Shown: positions 8,342 to 18,010, numbered from the stretch's first letter. The stretch is 26,597 bases of DNA from Patescibacteria group bacterium (GCA_038078655.1 JBBTVT010000049.1:1-26597), one strand, 5' to 3'. Translations and numbers: made by a program. The notes: generated by a model not told the origin, from the sequence alone.

Positions 8342-9055
8342 TTACCCTTTAGCTAAAACTAAACCAATAATTTCTCTTGCGCCAGCTTTTTTTAACACAC
8401 GAGCTGCCTCCCTTAAAGTAGATCCAGTAGTTAAAATATCATCCAAAAGGATGATATTTTTATTTTTTATATTTTCTGGATGCAAACAAATAAAAGCATT
8501 TTTAATATTTTTTCTTCTTTCTTTTTCTTTAAGTTTTGTTTGAGATTTTGTATTTTGTTTTCGTTTTAATATATTATTAATTGTCGAAATTCCAAGTTGT
8601 TGAGCAATTATTTGCGCCAACAATTCTGATTGATTAAATCCTCGTTCAAATAAACGTTTTCGATGAAGAGGAACTGGAATTAAAAAATAAGAATTATCAA
8701 ATAAAAGATTTGTTTTTGATTGATAAAGAAAATTTATAATAATTTCTCCAAATGGTTTGGCTAAATCACGAATATGCTTATATTTAAAAGTATGAATAGC
8801 TTGTTTAATAATTTTTTCCTTATAAAAAGATACTATAAAGATATTTTTAAAAGGAGAGTGAGACAAACATTTTTGACAGATGCATCCCATTCGAGCTGGC
8901 TTCCTACAAATTGGACAAAAATTTTTTAGATTCAAATTAATTTTTTTCAAACATTTTTCACACAGCCAAATATTTTCTTTTTGACAACCGATACATTCAA
9001 TTGGAAAAAGAAGGTCAAGAAAAAAATTTATTATTTTTTTAAATTTAAAAAACAT
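8342..9055 (-). CDS. comF: ComF-family protein (double zinc ribbon plus PRTase fold)
   Basis: Four CxxC pairs, PVPLH, RGFNQS, LLDDILTTGSTL. Confidence 0.9.
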   Translation of the reverse strand: MFFKFKKIINFFLDLLFPIECIGCQKENIWLCEKCLKKINLNLKNFCPICRKPARMGCICQKCLSHSPFKNIFIVSFYKEKIIKQAIHTFKYKHIRDLAKPFGEIIINFLYQSKTNLLFDNSYFLIPVPLHRKRLFERGFNQSELLAQIIAQQLGISTINNILKRKQNTKSQTKLKEKERRKNIKNAFICLHPENIKNKNIILLDDILTTGSTLREAARVLKKAGAREIIGLVLAKG

Positions 9056-9109
9056 AATTAATTAAACAATCCTTTTTTAAAAAATGTAAACAAAAAACAT
9101 TGCTATTTT

Positions 9110-11305
9110 TTATTTACATTCTTTATTGCTACATTTTATTTCGTCATCTTTTGCTACGACCATTAGACTTCCGCATTTTTCGCATTTTTTATCAACTGGT
9201 TTTTGCCAAAGAGCAAACTTGCAATCTGGATATTGATCACAAGCATAAAAAGTACGTCCTCCTTTTTTTGATTTTTTTTCAACAATCTCGCCCTTATCGC
9301 ATTGAGGACATTTTACTCCAATTGTTTTTCTAATTGATTTTATATTTTTACATTCTGGATATTTCGAACAAGAAAGAAATGCCCCGAATCGACCATGCTT
9401 AACAACCATATCAGCTCCACATTTATCGCATTTTTCATTTGATAATTCTATTTCTTTTAAATCTTTTTCTAATGGCTTTGTATTTTTACAATCTGGAAAT
9501 CCTGTGCAAGCCAAAAATTTACCAAAACGACCTAATTTTATTATCATTGATTTTCCACATTTATCACATTTTTCATCGCTTTCTTTTTCTGTTAATTCTT
9601 TTTTTGAAACCTCTTTTTCTTTTTGCATAAGATTTTTTTTAAATGGATTATAAAATTCTTTAATTATTGGTTGCCATTCTATTTTACCCTGAGCTACCCT
9701 GTCCAAATCATCTTCCATTTGAGCGGTAAATCCAATATCAACAATTTGAGAAAAATGTTTAACCAATAAATCATTTACTAAAATCCCAACTTCTGTTGGC
9801 TTTAAATATCTATTTTCTTTAACAACATAATTTCGATCAACAATTGTGCTAATTGTTGGCGCATAAGTTGATGGACGACCAATCCCATTTTCTTCTAACG
9901 CCTTAATTAAACTAGCCTCGCTATATCGACCAGAAGGTTGAGTAAAATGTTGATCAGAAATAAGTTTAATACAATTTAAAATTTCATTAATTTCAAGTGA
10001 TGGCAAAATATTTTCTTCAGCCTTAGATAAATAAATTTTTAAAAATCCATCAAATTTTATTATAGAACCATTTGCTCTAAAAATATAATTTTTAGCTTCA
10101 ATGTCCACTGAAGTAGAATCAAAAATCGCCTCACTCATTTGACAAGCTAATGCCCGCTGCCAAATTAATTGATAAAGTTTAAATTGATTTTTATCTAAAA
10201 AATCTTTAATTGTTTCTGGAGATCGAATAATTTCAGTTGGTCTAATAGCCTCATGCGCCTCTTGCGCTAATTTAGATTTAATTTTAAATTTACGAAATTG
10301 ATAATATTTTTGTCCAAAATTATTTTTAATATATTCTTGAGTTTTTTCTAAAAAATTTTCAGCCAAATTAAAAGAATCTGTACGCATATAAGTAATTAAT
10401 CCGACTGAACCTTCCTTTCCTAATCCAATTCCTTCGTAAAGTTGTTGAGCAATCATCATTGTTTGTTTTGCAGAAAAACCCAATTTATGATTCGCCTCTT
10501 GTTGAAGAGTAGAAGTAATAAAAGGCGCATTTGGATTTTTTTTAATTTCTCGTTTTTTTATATTAATTATTTTATACAATACTCCTTTTAAATCTTTTAA
10601 AATTTTATCTGTTTGTTCTTTTGTTTTAATTTCTAATTTGTCTAAAATTTTATTATTTATTTTATAAAGTCGCGCTAAAAATTCAATTTCATTATTTTTA
10701 CATAACGAAGCGACGATTGTCCAATATTCTTCTGATTGAAAAGCTTCAATTTCTCTCTCTCTATCAACAATTAAACGAACAGCGATTGATTGAACACGAC
10801 CAGCTGAAAGACCGCGAGCCACTTTTTTCCATAAAAATGGAGATAGCTCATAACCAACTAAACGATCTAAAACTCGTCGCCCCTGTTGCGCATCAACAAG
10901 ATTTACATCAATTTCTCTAGGATTTTTTAAAGCGTTTAAAATAGCATTTTTAGTAATTTCATGAAAAACAATTCTCTCATTTTTTTTTGTCTTTTTATTT
11001 TTAGAATCATTTAAATCCAATGCCTTAACTAAATGCCAAGCAATAGCCTCTCCTTCTCTATCTTCATCAGTAGCCAAAATAACTAAATCAGCCTTTTGAG
11101 CTAATTTTCTTAACTCGCTAATTTTCTTTTTTGCCTTATCAGGAATAACATATTTAGGTTTAAAATTATTTTCTATTTCAATCCCCATTTCACTTTTGGG
11201 TAAATCGCGAACATGCCCAAAAGAAGATTCTACTTTATATGAAGAATCTAAAAATTTTCCAATTGTTTTTGCTTTTGTTGGTGATTCTACAATAATTAAA
11301 TTCAT
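9110..11305 (-). CDS. topA: DNA topoisomerase I (type IA) with C-terminal zinc ribbons
   Basis: LIIVESPTKAK, ATDEDREGE, SAGRVQS, GLITYMRTDS (catalytic Tyr), GIGRPSTYA and C4 ribbons. The track start is 11335; 11305 is preferred. Confidence 0.97.
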   Translation of the reverse strand: MNLIIVESPTKAKTIGKFLDSSYKVESSFGHVRDLPKSEMGIEIENNFKPKYVIPDKAKKKISELRKLAQKADLVILATDEDREGEAIAWHLVKALDLNDSKNKKTKKNERIVFHEITKNAILNALKNPREIDVNLVDAQQGRRVLDRLVGYELSPFLWKKVARGLSAGRVQSIAVRLIVDREREIEAFQSEEYWTIVASLCKNNEIEFLARLYKINNKILDKLEIKTKEQTDKILKDLKGVLYKIINIKKREIKKNPNAPFITSTLQQEANHKLGFSAKQTMMIAQQLYEGIGLGKEGSVGLITYMRTDSFNLAENFLEKTQEYIKNNFGQKYYQFRKFKIKSKLAQEAHEAIRPTEIIRSPETIKDFLDKNQFKLYQLIWQRALACQMSEAIFDSTSVDIEAKNYIFRANGSIIKFDGFLKIYLSKAEENILPSLEINEILNCIKLISDQHFTQPSGRYSEASLIKALEENGIGRPSTYAPTISTIVDRNYVVKENRYLKPTEVGILVNDLLVKHFSQIVDIGFTAQMEDDLDRVAQGKIEWQPIIKEFYNPFKKNLMQKEKEVSKKELTEKESDEKCDKCGKSMIIKLGRFGKFLACTGFPDCKNTKPLEKDLKEIELSNEKCDKCGADMVVKHGRFGAFLSCSKYPECKNIKSIRKTIGVKCPQCDKGEIVEKKSKKGGRTFYACDQYPDCKFALWQKPVDKKCEKCGSLMVVAKDDEIKCSNKECK

Positions 11306-11343
11306 AAATACAGTTAAATTATTTTTATTAATCAATTAATAAT

Positions 11344-12432
11344 TTAAGCAAGAATGTAATACATTCCGCCTAAATGTTTTATTTTCCCATTTATTTCCAT
11401 CATAGTCAAAACACTATTTATAATAGTTGGGCTAAGTTTAGAAAATTCAATTAATTTGTCAACATGAATCGGCTCTTCGGATAAATATTTTAATAATTCA
11501 GACTCCTCCTTATTTGACGGTTTAACAATTTTTTTTACAACTGGTTTAACAGTTCTAACAAAATTTAATGCATCTAAAATATCATCCGCGCTATCAACTA
11601 ATTTCCCTCCCATTTTAATTAAATTATTGCAACCACTAAAATTTAAATTATGGATATTGCCAGGAACAGCAAAAATTTCACGACCACATTCTAATGCATA
11701 ACGAGCCGTAATTAACGCTCCACTTTTTTCAGGCGCTTCAATCACCAATGTTCCCAATGTTAAACCAGCAACAATTCGATTACGATAAGGGAAAAAATAT
11801 TTTTGCGGAAATGTTTCTGGTGGATATTCAGAAAGCAACAACCCGTTCTGCTCAACAATTTTTTGAGCCAAATTTTGATTTTCAAAAGGATAAATACTTT
11901 TTTTATCTAAACCAGAGCCTAGAACAGCAATTGTTCTTCCATTTGATTCGAGTGTAACTTGATGAACTAGAGCATCAACACCTTTGGCTAATCCAGAAAC
12001 TATAACCAAATTATTTTGAGCCAAATCCTTAACAATTTTTAAAATAATTTGCTTCCCATACAAACTCATTTTTCTAGTCCCAACAACGGCCAAACTAAAC
12101 TCATCATGTTTTTGGAAATCTCCTTTATAAAATAATAATGCCGGAAAATTATCAATTTCTTTCAACAATTTTGGATACCTCAAATCATTAAATGTAATTA
12201 CTCCGATTTTTTCATTATTTACTTTTTCCATTTTTTCATCTGGATTTATTTTTTTACGTTTTAAAATTATTTTTTCAATAATTTTTTCTTCAAATCCAAC
12301 TTTTTTAAATTCACCTGCGTCAGCCTCCCAAGCTAATTTTAAATCTTTAAAATAATCTAACATTTTTTTAAAACGCACACTTCCAATTTCTGATAAATAT
12401 GAAAAAGCAACCCAATATTTTAAATCATCCAT
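11344..12432 (-). CDS. dprA: DNA-processing protein DprA (Smf)
   Basis: VVGTRKMS, VSGLAKGVDA, FPYRNRIVAGL, EAPEKSGALITA, C-terminal winged helix. A start at 12432 lies 4 nt after the upstream stop; 12465 is the alternative. Confidence 0.95.
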   Translation of the reverse strand: MDDLKYWVAFSYLSEIGSVRFKKMLDYFKDLKLAWEADAGEFKKVGFEEKIIEKIILKRKKINPDEKMEKVNNEKIGVITFNDLRYPKLLKEIDNFPALLFYKGDFQKHDEFSLAVVGTRKMSLYGKQIILKIVKDLAQNNLVIVSGLAKGVDALVHQVTLESNGRTIAVLGSGLDKKSIYPFENQNLAQKIVEQNGLLLSEYPPETFPQKYFFPYRNRIVAGLTLGTLVIEAPEKSGALITARYALECGREIFAVPGNIHNLNFSGCNNLIKMGGKLVDSADDILDALNFVRTVKPVVKKIVKPSNKEESELLKYLSEEPIHVDKLIEFSKLSPTIINSVLTMMEINGKIKHLGGMYYILA

Positions 12433-12436
12433 AAAA

Positions 12437-14062
12437 TTAATGATTAATTGGTTTTTTGATTCCATATTGTTTAAAAATATCTTCAATTTCATCATATTCT
12501 AATTCATCTTTTTCTAATAATTCATTAACAAATCGTTTGACAATTTCCCATTTTAAATTTAATAATTCTTCCACTTCTTTAACACAAGAAAGTAAAATTT
12601 CCTGAGTTTCACTATTTAATTTTTCTTTTATGCTTTCAGAAAGTTGCGCTTCTGGAATAACAGTATAATCACCAATAAAACCATTTTTCCCCATACCAAA
12701 TTTCCAAACCATGTTGTGTGCTATCGTCATTGCTCTTTTAAAATCACTAGCCACTCCATCTGAAGTAATTCCATTTTTTAATTTCTCTGACACATATCCA
12801 CCAAGGAAAACTTTTATGTCAGCTAAAATTTTATCCTTACTAGAAGTATACAATTCTTCTCTGGGTTGTGAATAAACTACTCCTAATGTTTCCTTACGTG
12901 AAATGATTGATGCTTTAAAAACATCATCAGTTGGATGTGATATATACATTACAACCAAATGTCCTGCCTCGTGAAAAGCAATCATTTCTCTTTCTTTTGG
13001 TGTCATTTTTCTTTGACGTTTAATTCCTATATCAATTCTTTCAATTGCTTCGGTAATATCTTCATATTTAATTTCTGCTCTATTTTCTCGAGTAGCAATT
13101 AACGCTGATTCTTTAACAATATTTTCAATATCAGCTGGAGATTTATAAACTGTCTTCTTGGCTAAACGAGAAATATTAACCGAAGAAGAATCATATTTAA
13201 TTTTATCAAGATAATATTTAAAAATTTTTTCTCTGCCCGCAAGATCCGGACGATCAATATAAATTTTTCGATCAAATCGCCCAGATCTCAAAAGTGCTTC
13301 GTCTAACACTCCTTCCGCAGCATTAGTTGCACCAATCACAATTACATCTGCATTCTTTTCTTTTAATCCATCCATTTCAATCAACAATTGATTTTGAGTA
13401 GCATTTGTTTCTTGCCCCCCCATAAAACTAAATGATCTTTGGCGACCAATTGCATCTAATTCATCAATAAAAACAATGCAAGCACCGTGGCCATAAGCCA
13501 ACATTCTTGCTCTTTTAAAAAGTTTTCTCACTCTTGACGCTCCCACACCAACAAAAACTTCAGTAAACTCACTACCTGAAACTGAAATAAATGGAACATT
13601 TGCTTCTGTTGCAACAGCCTTGGCTAAATAAGTTTTACCACAACCTGGAGGCCCCACCATTAAAAGCCCTCTAATAACTTTCCCTCCGATTTTCATTAAT
13701 AATTTTCTATCCTTAATTAATTGAACAACCTCCCACGCTTCTTGCTTTGATTCATCCATACCAATCACATCATCCCATTTAATGTTAATTTTTTCACCTT
13801 TAATTTTATTCGCTGGCATCTTAGAAAATCCACCCTGAAGAATAAGTTGATAAAGAAAAACAAAAATTACCGCATTGACTCCAGCAAGCAATAAATTAAT
13901 AGGCATACTTGCTAAGGTCATTTTGCGATAAAAAGATTCTAAAGAAAACAATCCCCAAACAGATAATGCGACCAAAACAATCAAACAAAAAATTATGAGC
14001 ATTTTTAACCAATGCATCATAAAAAATAATTTAATTTTTCTAGCAATTAACATTCTTTCCAT
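12437..14062 (-). CDS. ftsH: FtsH-like AAA+ zinc metalloprotease with two closely spaced TM segments
   Basis: Walker A GPPGCGKT, pore loop FVGVG, Walker B IFIDELDAIG, SRH ALLRSGRFDR, HEAGH and downstream ASDF. The track start at 14158 is TTG; ATG at 14062 is preferred. Probably a paralog rather than the canonical copy. Confidence 0.85.
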   Translation of the reverse strand: MERMLIARKIKLFFMMHWLKMLIIFCLIVLVALSVWGLFSLESFYRKMTLASMPINLLLAGVNAVIFVFLYQLILQGGFSKMPANKIKGEKINIKWDDVIGMDESKQEAWEVVQLIKDRKLLMKIGGKVIRGLLMVGPPGCGKTYLAKAVATEANVPFISVSGSEFTEVFVGVGASRVRKLFKRARMLAYGHGACIVFIDELDAIGRQRSFSFMGGQETNATQNQLLIEMDGLKEKNADVIVIGATNAAEGVLDEALLRSGRFDRKIYIDRPDLAGREKIFKYYLDKIKYDSSSVNISRLAKKTVYKSPADIENIVKESALIATRENRAEIKYEDITEAIERIDIGIKRQRKMTPKEREMIAFHEAGHLVVMYISHPTDDVFKASIISRKETLGVVYSQPREELYTSSKDKILADIKVFLGGYVSEKLKNGITSDGVASDFKRAMTIAHNMVWKFGMGKNGFIGDYTVIPEAQLSESIKEKLNSETQEILLSCVKEVEELLNLKWEIVKRFVNELLEKDELEYDEIEDIFKQYGIKKPINH

Positions 14063-14070
14063 AAATATTT

Positions 14071-14103
14071 CAAAATATAAAAATGCGCTAATTGTTAGCG
14101 CAT
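14071..14103 (-). terminator. Intrinsic terminator-like hairpin after secY
   Basis: Perfect 9-bp stem ATGCGCTAA-CAA-TTAGCGCAT (14083-14103), followed on the minus strand by TTTTATATTTT. Confidence 0.7.
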
Positions 14104-14172
14104 AATAATTTTTTCTAAAATTTAAAATATTTCTTTGCCATATAAAATGACTAATCAATAAATCAATTTTTA

Positions 14173-15459
14173 CTAAAGTCCTTCATATTCTCTCATCGTC
14201 AATTGAGATTCAATTTGTTTCATTGTTTCAAGTACCACGCTTACAACAATTAATAAACCAGCACCACCAATAACCATAGTTTTAATTCCAAAAATAGGTC
14301 CTGTAATTAACGGCAAAATGGCAATAACCCCCAAAGAGGTAGCACCGGCCAACATAATTCTCTTTGAAACATCGCTTATATACTGAGATGTTGGCTTACC
14401 AGGTCTAACCCCTAAAATAAATCCGCCTTGTTTTTGAAGATTTTCAGCTATCTTAATAGGGTGAAAAACAACAGCTGTATAAAAATATGTGAAAGCAACA
14501 ACTAAAACAAAATATACTACGCCATAAAAATAATGACTTGGCTGAAAAACATTATAAACAAATTCAGCCGGAATCTTCAACCATCCAATCTGAAGTTTCA
14601 TTAAAAGCTGAGCAGCTATTGGAGGAAATAAAACAATAGAAATCGCAAAAATAATTGGAATCATTCCTGCCTGATTTACTCGTAAAGGTAAATAAGTATT
14701 CATGCCACCATACATTTTGTTTCCTCTGATTCTACGCGCGTAAGAGATTGGAATATTTCTTTGTCCTTCGGTAATAATCACCACACCTGCAACAGTAATC
14801 AATCCTAAAATAACAAAGATTAACAAATTAATAAATTGCGTTGAATTAAAACTAACAATTGTTTGTTGTAAGACGGTGGGCAACCCAGAAACAATCCCAG
14901 CAAAAATTATTAAAGATATTCCATTTCCTATTTTTTTCTCCGAAATCAACTCGCCCAACCACATTAAAAATATACACCCAGCGGTCATAGTAATAACTGT
15001 TGAACTTAATTGTAAAATATTTAATTTATCAATGATACCATTTGACTTTGAAAGTAAAACAATCATTCCGTAAGATTGCAAAGCAGCCATAGGAACAGCT
15101 AATAACCGTGTATATTGATTAATTTTATGGTATCCAGATTCTCCTTCTTTTGCTAACTGTTCTAAACTAGGAACAATCATTGTTAATAATTGAATAATAA
15201 TTGAAGCAGTAATGTAAGGTCCGACGCCTAAAGCAACTAAAGAAAAATTTGTCATGCCGCCGCCAGTTAATAAATTTACAAAACCCAATACTTCATTTTG
15301 TGAAAAAAAACTTTTTAAACTTTCTAAATCAACCCCAGGTAAAGGAATATGAGCAGCAATTCTAAAAACTACCAACATTGTTAAAACAAAAAAAATACTT
15401 CTTCGCAAATCACGAATTTTAAAAATTTGAATTAATTTTTGAAAAATTTTTGATAACAC
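14173..15459 (-). CDS. secY: Preprotein translocase subunit SecY
   Basis: RIAAHIPLPG, FSLVALGVGPYITASII, GIGNGISLIIF-like KIGNGISLIIFAGI, NQAGMIPIIFA, GVRPGKPT; GTG start. Confidence 0.98.
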   Translation of the reverse strand: MLSKIFQKLIQIFKIRDLRRSIFFVLTMLVVFRIAAHIPLPGVDLESLKSFFSQNEVLGFVNLLTGGGMTNFSLVALGVGPYITASIIIQLLTMIVPSLEQLAKEGESGYHKINQYTRLLAVPMAALQSYGMIVLLSKSNGIIDKLNILQLSSTVITMTAGCIFLMWLGELISEKKIGNGISLIIFAGIVSGLPTVLQQTIVSFNSTQFINLLIFVILGLITVAGVVIITEGQRNIPISYARRIRGNKMYGGMNTYLPLRVNQAGMIPIIFAISIVLFPPIAAQLLMKLQIGWLKIPAEFVYNVFQPSHYFYGVVYFVLVVAFTYFYTAVVFHPIKIAENLQKQGGFILGVRPGKPTSQYISDVSKRIMLAGATSLGVIAILPLITGPIFGIKTMVIGGAGLLIVVSVVLETMKQIESQLTMREYEGL

Positions 15460-15564
15460 AAATAAATTAAAATTATTTTTCTAAAATTCTAAAATAAAGT
15501 TTAAATATTTATCAAAATCATCAATAATCTCTTTTATTTTTTACACAAAAACCATGAATCAAAA

Positions 15565-16014
15565 TTAGCTTAAGATTATATTTGTCTCCACTTTTCCTCC
15601 AGCTTTTTCTATTTTCTCTTTTGCTGATTTTGAAACTATACAACCCTTAATAATTAATTTCTTTTTTAATTCACCATCACCTAAAATTTTTACTCCATTT
15701 TTATTTTTACTAATTAATTTTTTTTCTACTAAAATTTTTGGAGTTATTTCATCATTATCTTTAAAATTTATATTCAATTGTTTTATATTAACAATCTCAG
15801 GCTTTAAATTTATACTCCTAAAGCCTCTTTTTTTAGGAATACTCTGAATCATCTTTTTTAATCCTTTTAATTGTAGTCCTCTCTTACCACCAGAACGAGC
15901 TTTTTGTCCTTTTAATCCTCGACCACTATAAGTTCCACGTTTTCCACCACGTCCAACGCGTTGCACTTTTTTTCTTGACCCTTCAGCTGGTTTTAAATTA
16001 TGTAAAGTTAACAT
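15565..16014 (-). CDS. rplO: 50S ribosomal protein L15
   Basis: MLTLHNLKPAEGSRKK...GRGG, GRGLKGQKARSG, VKILGDG, SKSAKEKIEKAGG. The track start at 16071 overlaps rpsE. Confidence 0.95.
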   Translation of the reverse strand: MLTLHNLKPAEGSRKKVQRVGRGGKRGTYSGRGLKGQKARSGGKRGLQLKGLKKMIQSIPKKRGFRSINLKPEIVNIKQLNINFKDNDEITPKILVEKKLISKNKNGVKILGDGELKKKLIIKGCIVSKSAKEKIEKAGGKVETNIILS

Positions 16015-16027
16015 AAATTTATTATTG

Positions 16028-16498
16028 TTATTTATTAAATTTAGATAATGCATTAATTGTCGCCTTTGCATTATTCATTTTATTGCCAGATCCCAAAATT
16101 CTACTTGTAATATTTTTTATTCCTGCTAATTCTAAAACCATTCGCACAGCACTTCCAGCTTTAAGTCCAGTTCCTTTTTTAGCAGGCTTCAAAAAAATTC
16201 TTGAAGCTCCAAACTTTTCCTTAATTTCATATGGAATACTTTGTTCTTCTGTAATAGGCACCATAATCATTTTTTTCTTTGCCGCTGTTGCAGCTTTATC
16301 TATCGCCGCAGCTACATCAACCCCTTTAGCAACCCCGATTCCGCATCTCCCCTTCAAATCTCCAAGTACGATACAAGCTCGAAAACTCATCTGTTTTCCA
16401 CCAGTAGTTACTCTTGTTACTCGAGCTAAATCAACTATTTTTTGCTCAAATTCTTTTTCTTCTTTTTTAAAAAATCTATTTGTTTCTTGTCTTTGCAT
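16028..16498 (-). CDS. rpsE: 30S ribosomal protein S5
   Basis: LARVTRVTTGGK, LKPAKKGTG, AVRMVLELAGI. Confidence 0.96.
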   Translation of the reverse strand: MQRQETNRFFKKEEKEFEQKIVDLARVTRVTTGGKQMSFRACIVLGDLKGRCGIGVAKGVDVAAAIDKAATAAKKKMIMVPITEEQSIPYEIKEKFGASRIFLKPAKKGTGLKAGSAVRMVLELAGIKNITSRILGSGNKMNNAKATINALSKFNK

Positions 16499-16521
16499 AA
16501 ATTTTATTTTTAATATTTAAA

Positions 16522-16899
16522 TTAAAATTTCAATCCACCCTCTCTTGCTCCATCCGCTAATGCTTTTACTCGACCATGATATTTATATCCACCTCTATCA
16601 AAAACAACTTGATCTATCCCATTCTTTAATGCCTTTTCAGCAATTAATTTTCCAACCTCAAAAGCTTTTGCTATTTTTCCTTTTAGTTCATTTTTTTTAT
16701 CTTCTGTCTTAATAATTTCTCGACTATCTGCCGCCGCCAATGTACAACCATTTGCATCATTAATTAATTGAACATAAATTTGTTCGCTACTTCTAAAAAC
16801 AGAGAGTCGAGGTTTTGTATCTACCCCTTTTACTTTAGCGCGAACTCGTTGATGTCGTCTAATTCTTTTTTCTTGTTTTATTTTTTGTTGATTATCCAT
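16522..16899 (-). CDS. rplR: 50S ribosomal protein L18
   Basis: [36 protein letters not shown]. Confidence 0.97.
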   Translation of the reverse strand: MDNQQKIKQEKRIRRHQRVRAKVKGVDTKPRLSVFRSSEQIYVQLINDANGCTLAAADSREIIKTEDKKNELKGKIAKAFEVGKLIAEKALKNGIDQVVFDRGGYKYHGRVKALADGAREGGLKF

Positions 16900-16929
16900 A
16901 AAAGAAAATAATTAAAATTATTTATAATT

Positions 16930-17478
16930 TTATTTTCCTGCTGCCTTAGCAGCTTTTCCAGCCTTTCTTTTTATTACTTCATCTATATATTTTATCCCCT
17001 TCCCTTTATATGGCTCTGGTTTTTTTATTTTGCGAATTTGAGCAGCTGTCTCCCCTATCAATTGTTTATCAAATCCAGAAATTATAATTATATTTTTTTC
17101 CACTTTTATCTCAATATTTTTTGGAATATTAAAATTTACCTGATGGGAAAACCCTACATTTAAAATCAATTTATCTCCGGAGACCTCTGCCTTATATCCT
17201 AATCCATTAATTTCTAATTTTTTTTCAAATCCCTTTACAACGCCTTCTATCATATTACTGATTAATCTTTGAAATAAACCCCATAATGCTCGTTGTTTTT
17301 TATTGGTTGGTTTTTGAACATTAACTAATAGTTCGTTGTCTTTTTGTTCAATTTTAACATTTGGATGAATTTTTTGGATTAATTCTCCTTTTGATCCTTT
17401 AATAATAATGTTTTGATTTTCTATTTTAATATCCACGTTTTCTGGGATATTAATTGGTTGTTTACCTATTCTTGACAT
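16930..17478 (-). CDS. rplF: 50S ribosomal protein L6
   Basis: MSRIGKQPI, PEPYKGKGIKY. Confidence 0.97.
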   Translation of the reverse strand: MSRIGKQPINIPENVDIKIENQNIIIKGSKGELIQKIHPNVKIEQKDNELLVNVQKPTNKKQRALWGLFQRLISNMIEGVVKGFEKKLEINGLGYKAEVSGDKLILNVGFSHQVNFNIPKNIEIKVEKNIIIISGFDKQLIGETAAQIRKIKKPEPYKGKGIKYIDEVIKRKAGKAAKAAGK

Positions 17479-17521
17479 AAAAAATAAAATAAATAATTAA
17501 GAGTTGCAATCTATAATTCTT

Positions 17522-17962
17522 TTAGTAAATTTCGCACAGAACTTCTCCTCCTAGTCCTTTTTTTCTCGCTTCTTTATTGGTTATCACACCAGAAGAAGTA
17601 GAAATAATCGCTATACCAAAACTATTATTTACCCATGGCAATTCATTTTTTCCAGCATAAATACGACAACCAGGTTTACTTATTCTTTTTAAATTTTTAA
17701 TCACAGAATTACCAGTTTCATTATATTTTAAAACAATTTTTAATTGATCGAAACTAACCTTGGATTTTTCTTTTTGTTTTTTATTTTTTTCATCCACTTC
17801 AGAAAATAAATTAACTTTTTCTGCGCTTTCTATCAATTTTTCTTTTTCTAAAACCTTGGCAATATTAAATTTTGCCTTAGAAAAAGGCATTAATACCTCC
17901 GACTTTTTTACAGCTAAAGCATTTCTCATTCTAGTTAACATGTCTGCGATTGGGTCTGTCAT
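17522..17962 (-). CDS. rpsH: 30S ribosomal protein S8 (with internal charged insertion)
   Basis: MTDPIADMLTR, RISKPGCRIY, IISTSSG, GGEVLCEIY. Confidence 0.96.
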   Translation of the reverse strand: MTDPIADMLTRMRNALAVKKSEVLMPFSKAKFNIAKVLEKEKLIESAEKVNLFSEVDEKNKKQKEKSKVSFDQLKIVLKYNETGNSVIKNLKRISKPGCRIYAGKNELPWVNNSFGIAIISTSSGVITNKEARKKGLGGEVLCEIY

Positions 17963-17980
17963 AAAAAAATATCAAAAATT

Positions 17981-18010
17981 TCCGCCTATAGCGGATCCGC
18001 CTTTGGCGGA
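17981..18010. repeat. GC-rich tandem of two 15-nt palindromic units (REP-like)
   Basis: TCCGCCTATAGCGGA followed by TCCGCCTTTGGCGGA in the rpsN-rpsH spacer; the junction forms the perfect palindrome GCGGATCCGC. Confidence 0.8.

Noticed and set aside
9110-9600. Repeated Cys motifs at the topA C-terminus
   Set aside because: Ordinary type IA topoisomerase zinc ribbons.
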